A DNA stretch of 64,000 bases from NCBI GenBank assembly GCA_017881725.1, contig JADGQO010000135.1:65807-129806 (forward strand). Reading direction: 5' to 3'. The position numbers were made by a program, and so were the translations under genes. The notes below the pieces were generated by a model. That model saw nothing but the letters and a program-made list of their open reading frames with translations. It searched no databases and had not been told where the DNA came from. The stretch is from Fibrobacteria bacterium. GTDB lineage: Bacteria; Fibrobacterota; Fibrobacteria; UBA11236. Positions within the stretch are counted from its first letter, which is position 1; each line of letters begins with the position of its first letter. This document shows positions 34,733 through 45,150 of the stretch, in pieces.

Positions 34733-37700
34733 ATGAGCGTCAAGAACATTCGAAAAACGGTTTTCGCTTTTACGTGTCTTTTTTCCGTCTTCAATTCATC
34801 GCTATTCGGACAGGCGGTCAGGTCTATCCCCCTATCGGGGTCCCTTCCGCGAGTGGACGATGACGGAAGCGTATCTACGGGACTTGGCTTTACCATAAAC
34901 TTTTTCGGCGTCAATTATTCGAATGTTTGGGTCAATAACAACGGCAATATCACCTTCAACTCGGCTTTGGACACTTACACGCCGTACTTGATCGCCCATA
35001 ACTCAATCCCAATGTTCGCGCCCTTTTTCGCGGATGTCGATTCCCGTTTTTACGGGAACGTGACCAAGTATGGCACCGGAACCTTGGAAATCGCTCCGGG
35101 AAATTCCAGACCCATCTTTTGCGTGAATTGGATCGATGTCGGATTTTTTAACGGCAGCGGTGCGCCTTCCGATAGGACCATCCTGAACAGCTTCCAAATG
35201 ATCATAACGAACAGAGATGACATCGCGCCCGGCGATTTCGATCTCGAGTATAATTACGACAAAGTAAAATGGGAGGCGGGGACGGCGAGCGAGGGAAGTT
35301 CTTCCGGTTTAGGCGGCACAAAGACCGCGTCCATGGGGTGGTCCAACGGAACCACCACCTATTACTCCCACAGCGGATCTTTGCAAGCGGGAGCGTTTCT
35401 GGATACCGGCCCGAAAAGCCTAAAGGATAACAGCCTGAATTCGACCGTCAAAGGACGGTATGTCTTTTTCGTCCGTAACGGCGTCGTGGTCGACCTGATA
35501 GGCCCGCAAACCTTTACTATCAGCGAATTGGCCGGTCCATCCGCCCTTGTCGGCCGGGTGAACACGACGACTTTATTCCCCCGCGATAGCATTTCCTTTT
35601 CCATCGTTCCTCCGGTGCTGCCGGAATTCGCCATGGCCGCCGATACCAGCGGCGCCATCAGAGTGGGCGCGGACGCTCGCTTCGATTTCGCGAACAAGAG
35701 CACCTACACTTTTTTGGTGGTCGCGAATTATCGGAACGGCGTCTATCGGGATACAGCCCTGATGACGGTCAATCTCACCCCGAATATCCTTCCCACGACG
35801 AATCCGGTCACCATATCCAATCCGCTGACTCCCTCCCCGACAATCGGATGGACCTATACCGATGCGGAAAACCGGCCGCAGACCCGGTATGATGTGGAAG
35901 TGCGGACAGGGCCTAATGGTACCGGGTCCAGTTTTTGGCATCCGGATACGGGAAATGGGGCGGCATCGAATCTCCTATACGCGGGACCCGCCTTGCTCAA
36001 TGGACAAACCTACTATGCGAGGGTAAGGGCCTTCGATGGCACCGGCTGGGGATCATGGTCCGAAGCCGCCTGGACAACGGCGCTGAATGCCCCGCCGGTC
36101 GCCAAAGCGGGACGGGATTCGACCCTCTATGCGGGTGCGAGTTGCCAGGCCGCACTAAGGTTGGACGGGAGCGGCTCTTCCGACCCGGATGGGGATTCCA
36201 TCACCTATGCATGGAGCGGCGCCTTCAGCGGAACATTGACCGGGATTTCACCGACAGTTTCGCTCCCCCTCGGCGCCCAGAACATCTTGCTTGCCGTTAC
36301 CGATTCAAAAGCCGCTATCGGTCGCGATACGGTCGCCATTACGGTCCTGGACAGCCTTAAACCTATTCCCTCCCTGGCAAGACTGCCCGATGTCTTAGGA
36401 TCCTGTTCGGCGAGCCTCAAATCCATCGCTCCCACTGCCACCGACAATTGCAAAGCGACTATAACCGCTACCACCGTCGATTCCATCTCCTTTGCCACCC
36501 AAGGTACTCGTACCGTGCATTGGATCTATACCGATGACAACGGCAATATCTCAACTCAAAATCAAACCGTTATCGTACGCGATCTGGTTCCTCCAAAAAT
36601 CACGCCGGGCTCGGATACCTCGATTATCATTTCCGCGTCCATGCTTTCCTCCAGGGTCGCGCTCAAGCCCGCTTCCGCCATCGACAGCTGTTCCCTCGCT
36701 ACAAGCTTGGGGACCCGTGATGATGGCTTATCGCTGGATTCCGCTTATAGGCTGGGAATTACCAAGGTACAGTGGAAAGCTTGCGACAACTTCGGTAATT
36801 GCGATAGTTCGATTCAAAAGGTGACTTTGATAAGGAATCGTCCCCCCGTTCTTGTTGCCAACCTGGATACCGCCTATAAAGAAAAAGACTTCCTCCGGTT
36901 CTTGATTACCGCAACGGATTCCGATGGCACCCTTGCAAGGATTTCAGCTGCGACAGAACTCCCGTCGGGCGGTTCATTCATAGACAGCGGGAGCGGAAAG
37001 GCATCACTGCTCTGGCCAAGGAATTGCAATGATCATTGCGTAGATCGGGTTACGCTTCAAGCTTCTGACGGCATTGATTCCGTTTCCAGCCAGATCATCG
37101 TGCAACAGGTGGATAAGCCCGCGGCCTTCCATCCAAATGCCACCGCATTCGCCGATTCCACCTTGTTCCCCGATTCGATTTGCATGCAATTCACCACCCC
37201 AACCGATAGCGCCACCCTGCATTATGTCTTGAGTGGGCCAGGTCGGGATACTTCGTCTTTCCTGATCGGCGACAGGCAAAACCTTTGCTTCGATCGTACC
37301 GTGACGGTGACGGTGGCGGCCACCCGGCCCGGGTGGATTAATAGCCTTCCCCTAAGCCTGCATGTGTTGAAAATGGATACCGCGCAAGCGCCCGAGGCCA
37401 AGCCCGGCGACTCCACGTATTTTCAAAAATCGCTTTGCGTCACCCTGACATCCGCGACCCCTGGGTCGAAAATAAATTTGACCCTCCGCGGCCGCTCTGA
37501 GGATTCAATGGGTATCGTGAAACCGAATGGAGATTCGGTATGCATTGAAGATACGACCACGATTCTCGCCATAACCCGAAAAGCGGGCATGGTCCAAAGT
37601 CCCGAGCGATCCTTCAATTTCATCCGCATGCAAAAAGCGGCCACGCCGGTTGCGGACAAACCCGATTCCACTTGGTTCGCCGATTCCCTTTGCTTGCGCA

Positions 37701-40600
37701 TCGTTACCGCCACGCCGGATGCAGAAGTCCACTATTCACTGAATGGGAGCGCTCCGGATTCTTCGGCCTTGATTCTGGTGGCGGGAACATCGCTTTGTCT
37801 CGATGGAAGTGCGAAAATTCGAGCTATCGCCCTTAAGCCTCATTGGATAAACAGCGACGAAATATTGCTTCACATGATTAAGATGGACACCGTCGGCATT
37901 CCGGTTTCCGACCGAAAGGATTCCACGTATTTTCGTGACTCGTTGTGTTTCAATTTATCCGTGCCGACAGCCGGCGCGGAAATTCATTATACCCGTGACG
38001 GCGGCGCTCCGGATACCTCCCGCGCCCTGTTTAACGGCAGCGGACGAATGTGCGTGTACGATACGGCCAAGGTTCGGGCCATCGGGAAAAAAACCAACTG
38101 GATCACGGGACAACCCGCTGCCTGGACCTATATCCGTATGCAAAAAGTGGCTGGCCCCATCGCCGACAAGCCGGACTCATCTTGGTTCGTGGATACCTTA
38201 TGCGTACGCTTTACTCTGCCGACCCCTGGATCGGAAATCCATTATACCTTGGACGGCGGCCGGGCGGACACATCCACCTTGGTATTACCCGCCGGCGAGG
38301 CCCTATGCCGCGACCGCAGCGGGGACATCCATGTCGCCGCCCTGAAAACCAACTGGATTCCCAGTAATGAAATCCTGCTGACGGTCAAAAAAATGGATAC
38401 GGTTTCCGTGCCCGTCGCGGATAAATCGGATTCCATCTATTACCAGGATTCCGTCTGCGTGAATCTGTCCACCGCCACGCCCGGCGCGGACATTCGCCTA
38501 ACGACCGACGGTGGAACTCCGGATACCACCGCGAACAAGCTTTCGGAACATGGCCGCGTATGCATGGACAAAACCGAAAACCTCCGCGCCGTAGCAACGC
38601 GCGAGCATTGGATCAACAGTCAGGCCATCAGTCGGACCTTTATCCGCATGCAGCGCATAGCTCAGCCGCGTTTCGATCAATCGGACTCCACGTACTTCAA
38701 AGATTCACTCTGTGTTCACGTCACGTCGGCTACCGACAGCGTGAAAATCCAGTATAGCACGGACGGCGGACGCGCGGATACGTCCTCTCGTTTCATGAGC
38801 AACGGTGCCCTGCTTTGCCTAGACGCTTCAGCGAAAATTAACGCCATAGCCGTGCAACAAAATTGGATTCCCAGCGAAGCTGGCGCACTGACCATTTTCC
38901 GAATGGAAACCGTGGCTCCTCCGCTCACGGACATCCCCGACTCGACCTTTTTCAAGGATTCCCTTTGCGTTCATTGGACTATCCCAACCCCCAATTCCGA
39001 AATCCACTACACCCACGACGCTGGGAAACCGGATACGACTTCCACATTTATGTTGGGCGGAACCACCACATGTTTTGACCGGTCCGTATCGATTCGATCC
39101 GTGGGCATGAAAACGCACTGGATCAACAGCGCGGAAGTGAACCGCGAGTATATTCGCATGCAGCCCATACCTAAGCCGGGGTTCGATAGGGGGGATACGG
39201 TATTTTACCCATCCGTTTGCGTGCAACTTTCTTCGGCCGTTGCGGGAGCCGATTTGCATTATACCCTGGATGGGGGAAACCCGGATACATCCTCCCAAAT
39301 CAAGCATGGCGGCGATACCTTGTGCCTGGACCGGACCGGCGACATCAAGGTCATGGCCAAGAAAAAGAATTGGTTGGACAGCGACCCGGCATCGATTCAC
39401 CTGGTAAAGATGGCGCAAGTCGCCGAAATCCATTCCAGCGTGGGGACGGATTCCATCGTTTATGCCCACAAGCTTTGTTTTAGATTGTTCTCAGCCACGG
39501 ATAGCACTCGCATTAAATACTCCCTGGACGGAGGCGATCCGCTTACGTCCGGACTTTCCATCGCCAGCGGTGATTCCGTATGCCTTGAGCAATCCGCCGT
39601 CGTCGTCGCCGTGGGTACTCGGGACTTGTGGAGAAATAGTCTGCCCTCAAGATTTGTTTTTGTCGTGGATAATGCCGGCCCCGACATTCTTAAGGCAGTC
39701 AAGCATCCCTTCAATATCCAGAATCTCTCGGTGACCGGAAATTGCCGCGGCATAGGGCAGGATACATTGGTGCTGACGCTTTCCGAAAAGTTGAAACCCA
39801 AATCCAATCCTCCCCGTTGGGATCGATTGGCCGTATTTTCATCGCGTTGCGATTTTAACGCGGCCATGCCTGTGACGATTCAAGGCGATCCGATTATTTC
39901 CTCGGATAGTCTTACCCTTTCGCTGCTTTTGGACAATAATTCTTCGGCCGAGGCGCCGAAACTTTCCAATTGCATTTATTTGGATTCGAAATCCGGTGAG
40001 TTTACGGATCAGGTTTTGAATCTTCCGGAAAAAAATGGGATCAAAATCACGGGTTCGGAAAAACTGGTGCGGATCAGCCAGTTGCGGGCCTATCCACCCA
40101 TAGTCGGATTGGACAATACTTCGACATCGCAAGGGTGCATTGACGAGGGCGTATCCGACAATACGTGGATTCCGCCGGTTGGATTTGACCCGGTCAAAGG
40201 CATCGTGGATCCCAATGCGTCCAACACCTGTACATCAGGCAGTGACAACGGGACCGATACTCCGCGAAGCTCCATCCCTGCTTGTACATCGATTCTTGAA
40301 GTGATCTCCGACGGCGCCTATGTGGCGGACGTCCGAATTTTCGACCAGTTGGGAAATTTCGTGAGTGGGTCCCGTCAACGTTTCGGCGCTTGCGGCGAGT
40401 TGGATAATTTGAATCGAAGCGTGGCCGGAAAGAAGCGAAGCTTTTTGGTTTGGAACACCCGGGATAACCAGGGCGCGCGCGTAGGCACCGGCGCCTATGT
40501 CTGGCGAGTGAATTTCATTTCCGACCGGAACGACGGGAAACAATCGGAAACCGTTTTTATCCGCACCGGTTTTTTACGCGGAGCCGCATGCAACGATTAA
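34733..40600 (+). CDS. Giant (1955 aa) secreted multidomain surface protein: NIDO-like N-domain, PKD-like and HYR-like modules, 10 tandem CHB_HEX_C-like two-Cys repeats, beta-sandwich-like C-terminal domain
   Basis: Signal peptide 'MSVKNIRKTVFAFTCLFSVFNSSLFGQA'. 'FFGVNYSNVWVNNNGNITFNS' is NIDO-like. 'DGSGSSDPDGDSITYAWSG' is PKD-like. 'TDNCKATITATTVDSISF...GTRTVHWIYTDDNGNIS' is HYR-like. There are ten repeats of the form 'DSxxFxDSLCxxxxxxTPxxEIHYTLDGxxPDTSSxxxxxGxxLCxDxSxxIxAxAxKxxWINSxxxxxxxIxM'. Confidence 0.75.
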   Translation: MSVKNIRKTVFAFTCLFSVFNSSLFGQAVRSIPLSGSLPRVDDDGSVSTGLGFTINFFGVNYSNVWVNNNGNITFNSALDTYTPYLIAHNSIPMFAPFFADVDSRFYGNVTKYGTGTLEIAPGNSRPIFCVNWIDVGFFNGSGAPSDRTILNSFQMIITNRDDIAPGDFDLEYNYDKVKWEAGTASEGSSSGLGGTKTASMGWSNGTTTYYSHSGSLQAGAFLDTGPKSLKDNSLNSTVKGRYVFFVRNGVVVDLIGPQTFTISELAGPSALVGRVNTTTLFPRDSISFSIVPPVLPEFAMAADTSGAIRVGADARFDFANKSTYTFLVVANYRNGVYRDTALMTVNLTPNILPTTNPVTISNPLTPSPTIGWTYTDAENRPQTRYDVEVRTGPNGTGSSFWHPDTGNGAASNLLYAGPALLNGQTYYARVRAFDGTGWGSWSEAAWTTALNAPPVAKAGRDSTLYAGASCQAALRLDGSGSSDPDGDSITYAWSGAFSGTLTGISPTVSLPLGAQNILLAVTDSKAAIGRDTVAITVLDSLKPIPSLARLPDVLGSCSASLKSIAPTATDNCKATITATTVDSISFATQGTRTVHWIYTDDNGNISTQNQTVIVRDLVPPKITPGSDTSIIISASMLSSRVALKPASAIDSCSLATSLGTRDDGLSLDSAYRLGITKVQWKACDNFGNCDSSIQKVTLIRNRPPVLVANLDTAYKEKDFLRFLITATDSDGTLARISAATELPSGGSFIDSGSGKASLLWPRNCNDHCVDRVTLQASDGIDSVSSQIIVQQVDKPAAFHPNATAFADSTLFPDSICMQFTTPTDSATLHYVLSGPGRDTSSFLIGDRQNLCFDRTVTVTVAATRPGWINSLPLSLHVLKMDTAQAPEAKPGDSTYFQKSLCVTLTSATPGSKINLTLRGRSEDSMGIVKPNGDSVCIEDTTTILAITRKAGMVQSPERSFNFIRMQKAATPVADKPDSTWFADSLCLRIVTATPDAEVHYSLNGSAPDSSALILVAGTSLCLDGSAKIRAIALKPHWINSDEILLHMIKMDTVGIPVSDRKDSTYFRDSLCFNLSVPTAGAEIHYTRDGGAPDTSRALFNGSGRMCVYDTAKVRAIGKKTNWITGQPAAWTYIRMQKVAGPIADKPDSSWFVDTLCVRFTLPTPGSEIHYTLDGGRADTSTLVLPAGEALCRDRSGDIHVAALKTNWIPSNEILLTVKKMDTVSVPVADKSDSIYYQDSVCVNLSTATPGADIRLTTDGGTPDTTANKLSEHGRVCMDKTENLRAVATREHWINSQAISRTFIRMQRIAQPRFDQSDSTYFKDSLCVHVTSATDSVKIQYSTDGGRADTSSRFMSNGALLCLDASAKINAIAVQQNWIPSEAGALTIFRMETVAPPLTDIPDSTFFKDSLCVHWTIPTPNSEIHYTHDAGKPDTTSTFMLGGTTTCFDRSVSIRSVGMKTHWINSAEVNREYIRMQPIPKPGFDRGDTVFYPSVCVQLSSAVAGADLHYTLDGGNPDTSSQIKHGGDTLCLDRTGDIKVMAKKKNWLDSDPASIHLVKMAQVAEIHSSVGTDSIVYAHKLCFRLFSATDSTRIKYSLDGGDPLTSGLSIASGDSVCLEQSAVVVAVGTRDLWRNSLPSRFVFVVDNAGPDILKAVKHPFNIQNLSVTGNCRGIGQDTLVLTLSEKLKPKSNPPRWDRLAVFSSRCDFNAAMPVTIQGDPIISSDSLTLSLLLDNNSSAEAPKLSNCIYLDSKSGEFTDQVLNLPEKNGIKITGSEKLVRISQLRAYPPIVGLDNTSTSQGCIDEGVSDNTWIPPVGFDPVKGIVDPNASNTCTSGSDNGTDTPRSSIPACTSILEVISDGAYVADVRIFDQLGNFVSGSRQRFGACGELDNLNRSVAGKKRSFLVWNTRDNQGARVGTGAYVWRVNFISDRNDGKQSETVFIRTGFLRGAACND
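37110..39660 (+). repeat. Intragenic tandem array, 10 x about 255 bp (about 85-aa units, diverged), within the giant surface protein gene
   Basis: The protein-level repeat recurs 10 times with conserved Cys pairs and WINS/IRMQK linker motifs. Boundaries are approximate. Confidence 0.7.
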
Positions 40601-40676
40601 GCGGCCGATGATCAGAGGATTCGGATTTAAATCGTTGTTGATGGCCTAGAAACCATCACCCTTTCGCGTTCAAAAA

Positions 40677-41984
40677 TTACGGCGCGGGCATCTTTTCCGG
40701 AAAGGCCCGAAAGTTTTCCAAAGCCGCGAAACACGCCTCTGCCTGTTTGCTCTTCTTGTCTTTCTTTCCCGCGTCCAAAGCCTTGGGCAATAATCCAAAG
40801 TTGAAATTCATGGGTTGAAAATCGGGGTTGGGGAAGGTGAGGTGGCGGGTCAACGAGCCAAGACATGTCGTTTCCGGCCATTCCAGGGTTTTCCCACGCG
40901 CCTCGGCGACAATCATCGATGCCGCGTATAAGCCGGTGCCTACTGCCTCGGTGTAGCCTTCCGCGCCGGTCAATTGCCCCGCGCAATAAATGCGAGTTCC
41001 CTTGATGCGTAAGCTCGGTTCCAGAACCTGCGGGGAATTGATGAAGGTGTTGCGATGCATGGCGCCGAAGCGGGCGAAGGCCGCTTCCTTCAGGGCCGGA
41101 ACCATGGCGAAGATTTTTTTTTGGGTTCCCCATTTCAGCCGGGTTTGAAAACCGACCATATTGTACAGGGTTTTTTCACGATTCTCCGCGCGCAGTTGAA
41201 TCACCGCGAAAGGGGTTTTGCCCGTTTCCGGATGACGCAATCCAATCGGGCGCATCGGCCCATAACGCAAGGTTTCTTTTCCGCGCCGGGCCATTTCCTC
41301 CACGGGCAGGCAGCCTTCAAACAATTGGCCTTTCTCGAATGGTTTGGGTTCGACCGTATCGGCCGCCACCAAAGCTTCGACGAAAGCGAAATACGCGTCC
41401 TTGTCCAACGGGCAATTCAGGAAATCCGGCGCCTCACCCTTGTCCCAACGATTCTTGGCAAATACCTGTTCCATGTCCAGGGAATCCAATTCCACCACCG
41501 GCGCGATGGAATCGAAGAAGTACAATTTCTCGGAACCGATCAAAGCAAACAAAGCTTGGGTCAGTTTATCGGAGCTTAAAGGACCGGTCGCAACCACGGT
41601 CAATTCCTGAGGATCCAAGGTTTGCACCTCTTCGCGATGCAAGCGGATACGCGGATGGTTCTCAATGGCTTGGCCCACGGCGTTGGAAAACATTTCCCGG
41701 TCAATGGCCAGGCTTTCGCCGGCGGGCACGCGCGCCTCCATGGCCAGGGCCAACAACCGGGAGCCCATGCGTTTGAGTTCTTCCTTGAACAATCCATGCG
41801 CCGAGGTTAGGCCCAAGCCTTTGAAGGAATTGGAACACACCAGCTCCGCCAGGTTGCCGGTTTTATGGGCCGGTGTTTCCACGCGCGGACGCATTTCCCA
41901 TAGGTCCACATCCATCCCCTGATCGGCAAGCTGCAAGGCGGCTTCGCAACCCGCGAGCCCGCCGCCGATGATTTTTATTTTCAT
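40677..41984 (-). CDS. trmFO: Methylenetetrahydrofolate--tRNA-(uracil54-C5)-methyltransferase
   Basis: FAD-binding 'IIGGGLAGCEAA' and 'CSNSFKG', with TrmFO/Gid family length. Confidence 0.9.
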   Translation of the reverse strand: MKIKIIGGGLAGCEAALQLADQGMDVDLWEMRPRVETPAHKTGNLAELVCSNSFKGLGLTSAHGLFKEELKRMGSRLLALAMEARVPAGESLAIDREMFSNAVGQAIENHPRIRLHREEVQTLDPQELTVVATGPLSSDKLTQALFALIGSEKLYFFDSIAPVVELDSLDMEQVFAKNRWDKGEAPDFLNCPLDKDAYFAFVEALVAADTVEPKPFEKGQLFEGCLPVEEMARRGKETLRYGPMRPIGLRHPETGKTPFAVIQLRAENREKTLYNMVGFQTRLKWGTQKKIFAMVPALKEAAFARFGAMHRNTFINSPQVLEPSLRIKGTRIYCAGQLTGAEGYTEAVGTGLYAASMIVAEARGKTLEWPETTCLGSLTRHLTFPNPDFQPMNFNFGLLPKALDAGKKDKKSKQAEACFAALENFRAFPEKMPAP

Positions 41985-41990
41985 ATTGCC

Positions 41991-42440
41991 TTAATGGCTG
42001 ATGCCCAGACCCTTGGACTCCAAGTTCTCCGAAAAAACCCGTAGCGCCATCTTTTGAATTTGCTCTCGCGTGGCCGGCAAGGTCGTGAGGAAGGCGCAGT
42101 TTTCAATCAACATTTCCAATTGCGGCGGTCCGATCAAACCCAGACGGTAGAGTTCCAATAAATAGTCGTAGGCATCGACGGAGAGGAACTCCCGCTCCAT
42201 GGGATGCAGAACCCGGATTTTAACCGGACTTTGGCGGCTCTCCTGGGCTTGGGAATCGGCCCAGGAGATCAACGCGTCGGCGGTGTTTTTGTTCAGTCCC
42301 AATTGATGCAAATCCCAAGCGAGACGCTCCCACGCGGGCGATGGTCCGCTGGGAAGTCTCGTTCCGGCCCGCTCGGCTTTCATATGCAGCAACAGCGAGT
42401 CGAAAATTTTGGATTGCAATTGGGGGCTCAGATAAAACAT
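41991..42440 (-). CDS. Hypothetical protein
   Basis: 149 aa with no recognisable motifs. It lies between purH and trmFO on the same strand. Confidence 0.35.
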   Translation of the reverse strand: MFYLSPQLQSKIFDSLLLHMKAERAGTRLPSGPSPAWERLAWDLHQLGLNKNTADALISWADSQAQESRQSPVKIRVLHPMEREFLSVDAYDYLLELYRLGLIGPPQLEMLIENCAFLTTLPATREQIQKMALRVFSENLESKGLGISH

Positions 42441-42446
42441 GGACCC

Positions 42447-44165
42447 TCAGTGGCGGAAATGCCGCGTCCCGGTGAAAACCATGGCGACGCCTAATTTGTC
42501 GGCGGTGGCCAAGACCTCGGCATCGCGCAACGATCCGCCGGGCTGGACAATATACCGAATTCCACCTTCATGGGCCGCGACCACATTGTCGTCGAAGGGA
42601 AAAAAGGCGTCCGAAGCCAGCACGCATTGGCCCAGGGAGTCCGTGATGTAGGTGTCGACAGCGGCTCCCGCGATGCCTTTGGCCTCCGCTTGGCGGCGCA
42701 GGTTTTCCCGCGCGCGGGGCTGGCACAGCTTCAAATTGGAGTCGATGCGGTTCGGCTGGCCCGGGCCGATTCCCAACACTTGGTATTGGCCCGGCGCGTA
42801 CTCCTGGCAAATCACGATGGCATTGGATTTCACATGCTTGCAGGCCTTCCAGGTGAACAATGCCAGAGCATGGAGTTTTTCCGGAAACGGCGTTTTAGTC
42901 GCCGGCTCCCATTTGCGATTGAGTTCCACGTCCCGGTCCTGGACCAGCATACCGCCCAGGATATGCTTGTAAACCTTCCGGTTTTGCGCCGGGGCCAAAG
43001 TACCGATGTCGAGCAAGCGAATATCCTTGCTCTTTTTCTGCAGGTACTCCAGGGCCTCGGGTGAAAAGCCCGGAGCCACCAACAACTCCACGAAGCGGCC
43101 TTTTAATTTCTCCGCCGTCGCCAAATCCACTTTTTGCGAGACGGCGATCACGGAACCGAACGCGGAAACGGGATCCCCGTCCCATGCGGCCTCAAAAGCC
43201 TGGTCCAGGGTCTTTCCCGTGGCGTAGCCGCAAGGGTTGGTATGCTTGATGATGGCCACGGCGGGCGTGCCGTGCAACTCGCGCACGGCTTCCAAGGCGG
43301 CGTCCGCGTCGACAAGGTTGTTGTAGCTCAGTTCCTTGCCGTGCAATTGCTTCGCCGAACCGATATTCGGCTCCTGGGCGCCAATGGCATCCTTTTCCAA
43401 AAAGAATGACGCCTTTTGATGATCGTTCTCGCCGTAACGCAAGGTTTTCCCGCCCACGAAGGAAAGGCGCAAGGACGGCGCACCGGTGAATCGCTCCGAC
43501 AAAAACTCGTCGATGGCGGAATCATAGTCGGCCGTGTGCCGGAAAGCCTTCAAGGCCAGCATTTGTCGGGTCTGCGGGGTGGTCGAACCCTCCCGGCGCA
43601 ACTCCTGCGCGACGATGGAATAATCACCTGGGTCGCAAACCACGGTGACGAACCGATAATTTTTCGCCGATGACCGCAGCATGGCCGGACCGCCGATATC
43701 GATGTTCTCAATGGCTTCTTCCAAAGCCACGTCGGGCTTGGCCACGGTTTCCCGGAACGGATACAGGTTCACCACCACGAAGTCGATGGGCTCAATGGCG
43801 TTCTCGCGCATGGCCTGCTCATGGGCCACATTTCCGCGGATGGCCAGAATGCCGCCATGAATACGGGGGTGCAGGGTCTTGACGCGACCGTCCAGGATTT
43901 CCGGCGAACCGGTGTGTTCGGAAATCGCGAGGGCGGGAATGCCCTTGTCCTTCAGGAATTTCAACGTGCCGCCCGTGCTGAGAATGCGGACATTCAAGGC
44001 GGTCAGTGCCTGGGCGAATTCCAATAATCCGGTCTTATCCGAAACGCTTAGAAGGGCGGTTTTCAAAATGGCTTCTCGCTCCGGAGTTGCTGACGCAACT
44101 CCACGCTCCTCGCTTTGATGATGACTATTGGCTCCTCGGTCCTCGCCCTGATATTGATTACTCAC
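42447..44165 (-). CDS. purH: Bifunctional AICAR transformylase / IMP cyclohydrolase
   Basis: '[11 protein letters not shown]' (MGS-like cyclohydrolase domain) and 'KHTNPCG' (transformylase domain). Its start overlaps the purC stop. Confidence 0.9.
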   Translation of the reverse strand: MSNQYQGEDRGANSHHQSEERGVASATPEREAILKTALLSVSDKTGLLEFAQALTALNVRILSTGGTLKFLKDKGIPALAISEHTGSPEILDGRVKTLHPRIHGGILAIRGNVAHEQAMRENAIEPIDFVVVNLYPFRETVAKPDVALEEAIENIDIGGPAMLRSSAKNYRFVTVVCDPGDYSIVAQELRREGSTTPQTRQMLALKAFRHTADYDSAIDEFLSERFTGAPSLRLSFVGGKTLRYGENDHQKASFFLEKDAIGAQEPNIGSAKQLHGKELSYNNLVDADAALEAVRELHGTPAVAIIKHTNPCGYATGKTLDQAFEAAWDGDPVSAFGSVIAVSQKVDLATAEKLKGRFVELLVAPGFSPEALEYLQKKSKDIRLLDIGTLAPAQNRKVYKHILGGMLVQDRDVELNRKWEPATKTPFPEKLHALALFTWKACKHVKSNAIVICQEYAPGQYQVLGIGPGQPNRIDSNLKLCQPRARENLRRQAEAKGIAGAAVDTYITDSLGQCVLASDAFFPFDDNVVAAHEGGIRYIVQPGGSLRDAEVLATADKLGVAMVFTGTRHFRH

Positions 44166-45051
44166 GAAATTCCTTTCCAGTCAGAAGCGCGAAGGCTTCC
44201 AGGTATTTTTGCCGCGTTTTGGCCACCACTTCGGCGGGCAATTCCGGCCCCGGATAGGTTTTGTCCCAATCCAAGGTGTTCAAATAATTACGCACGTATT
44301 GCTTGTCGAAGCTGTCCTGGTCCCGGCCCTCGGCATAACCGGCCGCAGGCCAAAACCGGGAAGAGTCGGGCGTCAACACTTCATCGATCAAAATGGTTTT
44401 CCCGTCCACGACGCCGAATTCGAATTTGGTGTCGGCGATGATCACGCCTTTGGTTAGCGCATAGGCCCGGGCACGCGCATAGATGTCCAGCGTCAACTTC
44501 CGCAATCGCGCGGCATCATCCACGCTCGTGATTTTTTCCATGGCGGCGAAGTCGACATTTTCGTCATGGCCCACGTCGTTCTTGGCTGCGGGCGTGAATA
44601 GCGGCGGGTCCAACTTACAGCATTGCTTCAAGCCCGGCCGTAGCGCATGGCCGCACACCTTGCCCGTCGCCAGATAATCTTTCCATCCGGAACCCACCAA
44701 GTATCCGCGCGCCACGCATTCCACGTCGAAGCGTTTGGCTTTCTTCACCAGCATAAACCTGCCCCGCAAATAATCGGAATGTTTTTGCAGCTTGGCGGGC
44801 AAATCTTTCAAGTCGGCGGAAATAAAATGACTCGGAACGTTCAGGTATTGAAACCAAAATACGGACAACTGGGTCAGAATGGCGCCCTTGTCCGGAATCG
44901 GTGTTGGCAATACCACATCAAAAGCCGAAAGCCGGTCGGTTGCGACCATCAATAGCGTATCGCCCAAGTCATACACGTCACGCACTTTTCCACGCGAGAA
45001 AAGCGGGACTTCGGTAATGGGCGGAGGGGTCGCGGAGGCAGGATGATTCAT
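44158..45051 (-). CDS. purC: Phosphoribosylaminoimidazole-succinocarboxamide (SAICAR) synthase
   Basis: 'GKVRDVY...LLMVATDRLSAFD' is the SAICAR synthetase signature. Confidence 0.9.
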   Translation of the reverse strand: MNHPASATPPPITEVPLFSRGKVRDVYDLGDTLLMVATDRLSAFDVVLPTPIPDKGAILTQLSVFWFQYLNVPSHFISADLKDLPAKLQKHSDYLRGRFMLVKKAKRFDVECVARGYLVGSGWKDYLATGKVCGHALRPGLKQCCKLDPPLFTPAAKNDVGHDENVDFAAMEKITSVDDAARLRKLTLDIYARARAYALTKGVIIADTKFEFGVVDGKTILIDEVLTPDSSRFWPAAGYAEGRDQDSFDKQYVRNYLNTLDWDKTYPGPELPAEVVAKTRQKYLEAFALLTGKEFRE

Positions 45052-45150
45052 GGGTCAAAAATAGCCCATCGCTATCCGCACCGTCAATCGGTGCGGCCGG
45101 GAGGTCAATCAATCGGCCGGTCAAATTCCCGTGGGAGTGGACGATTCTGG

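Noticed and set aside
38828-39469. 213-aa minus-strand ORF
   Set aside because: It is antisense within the giant repeat protein gene.
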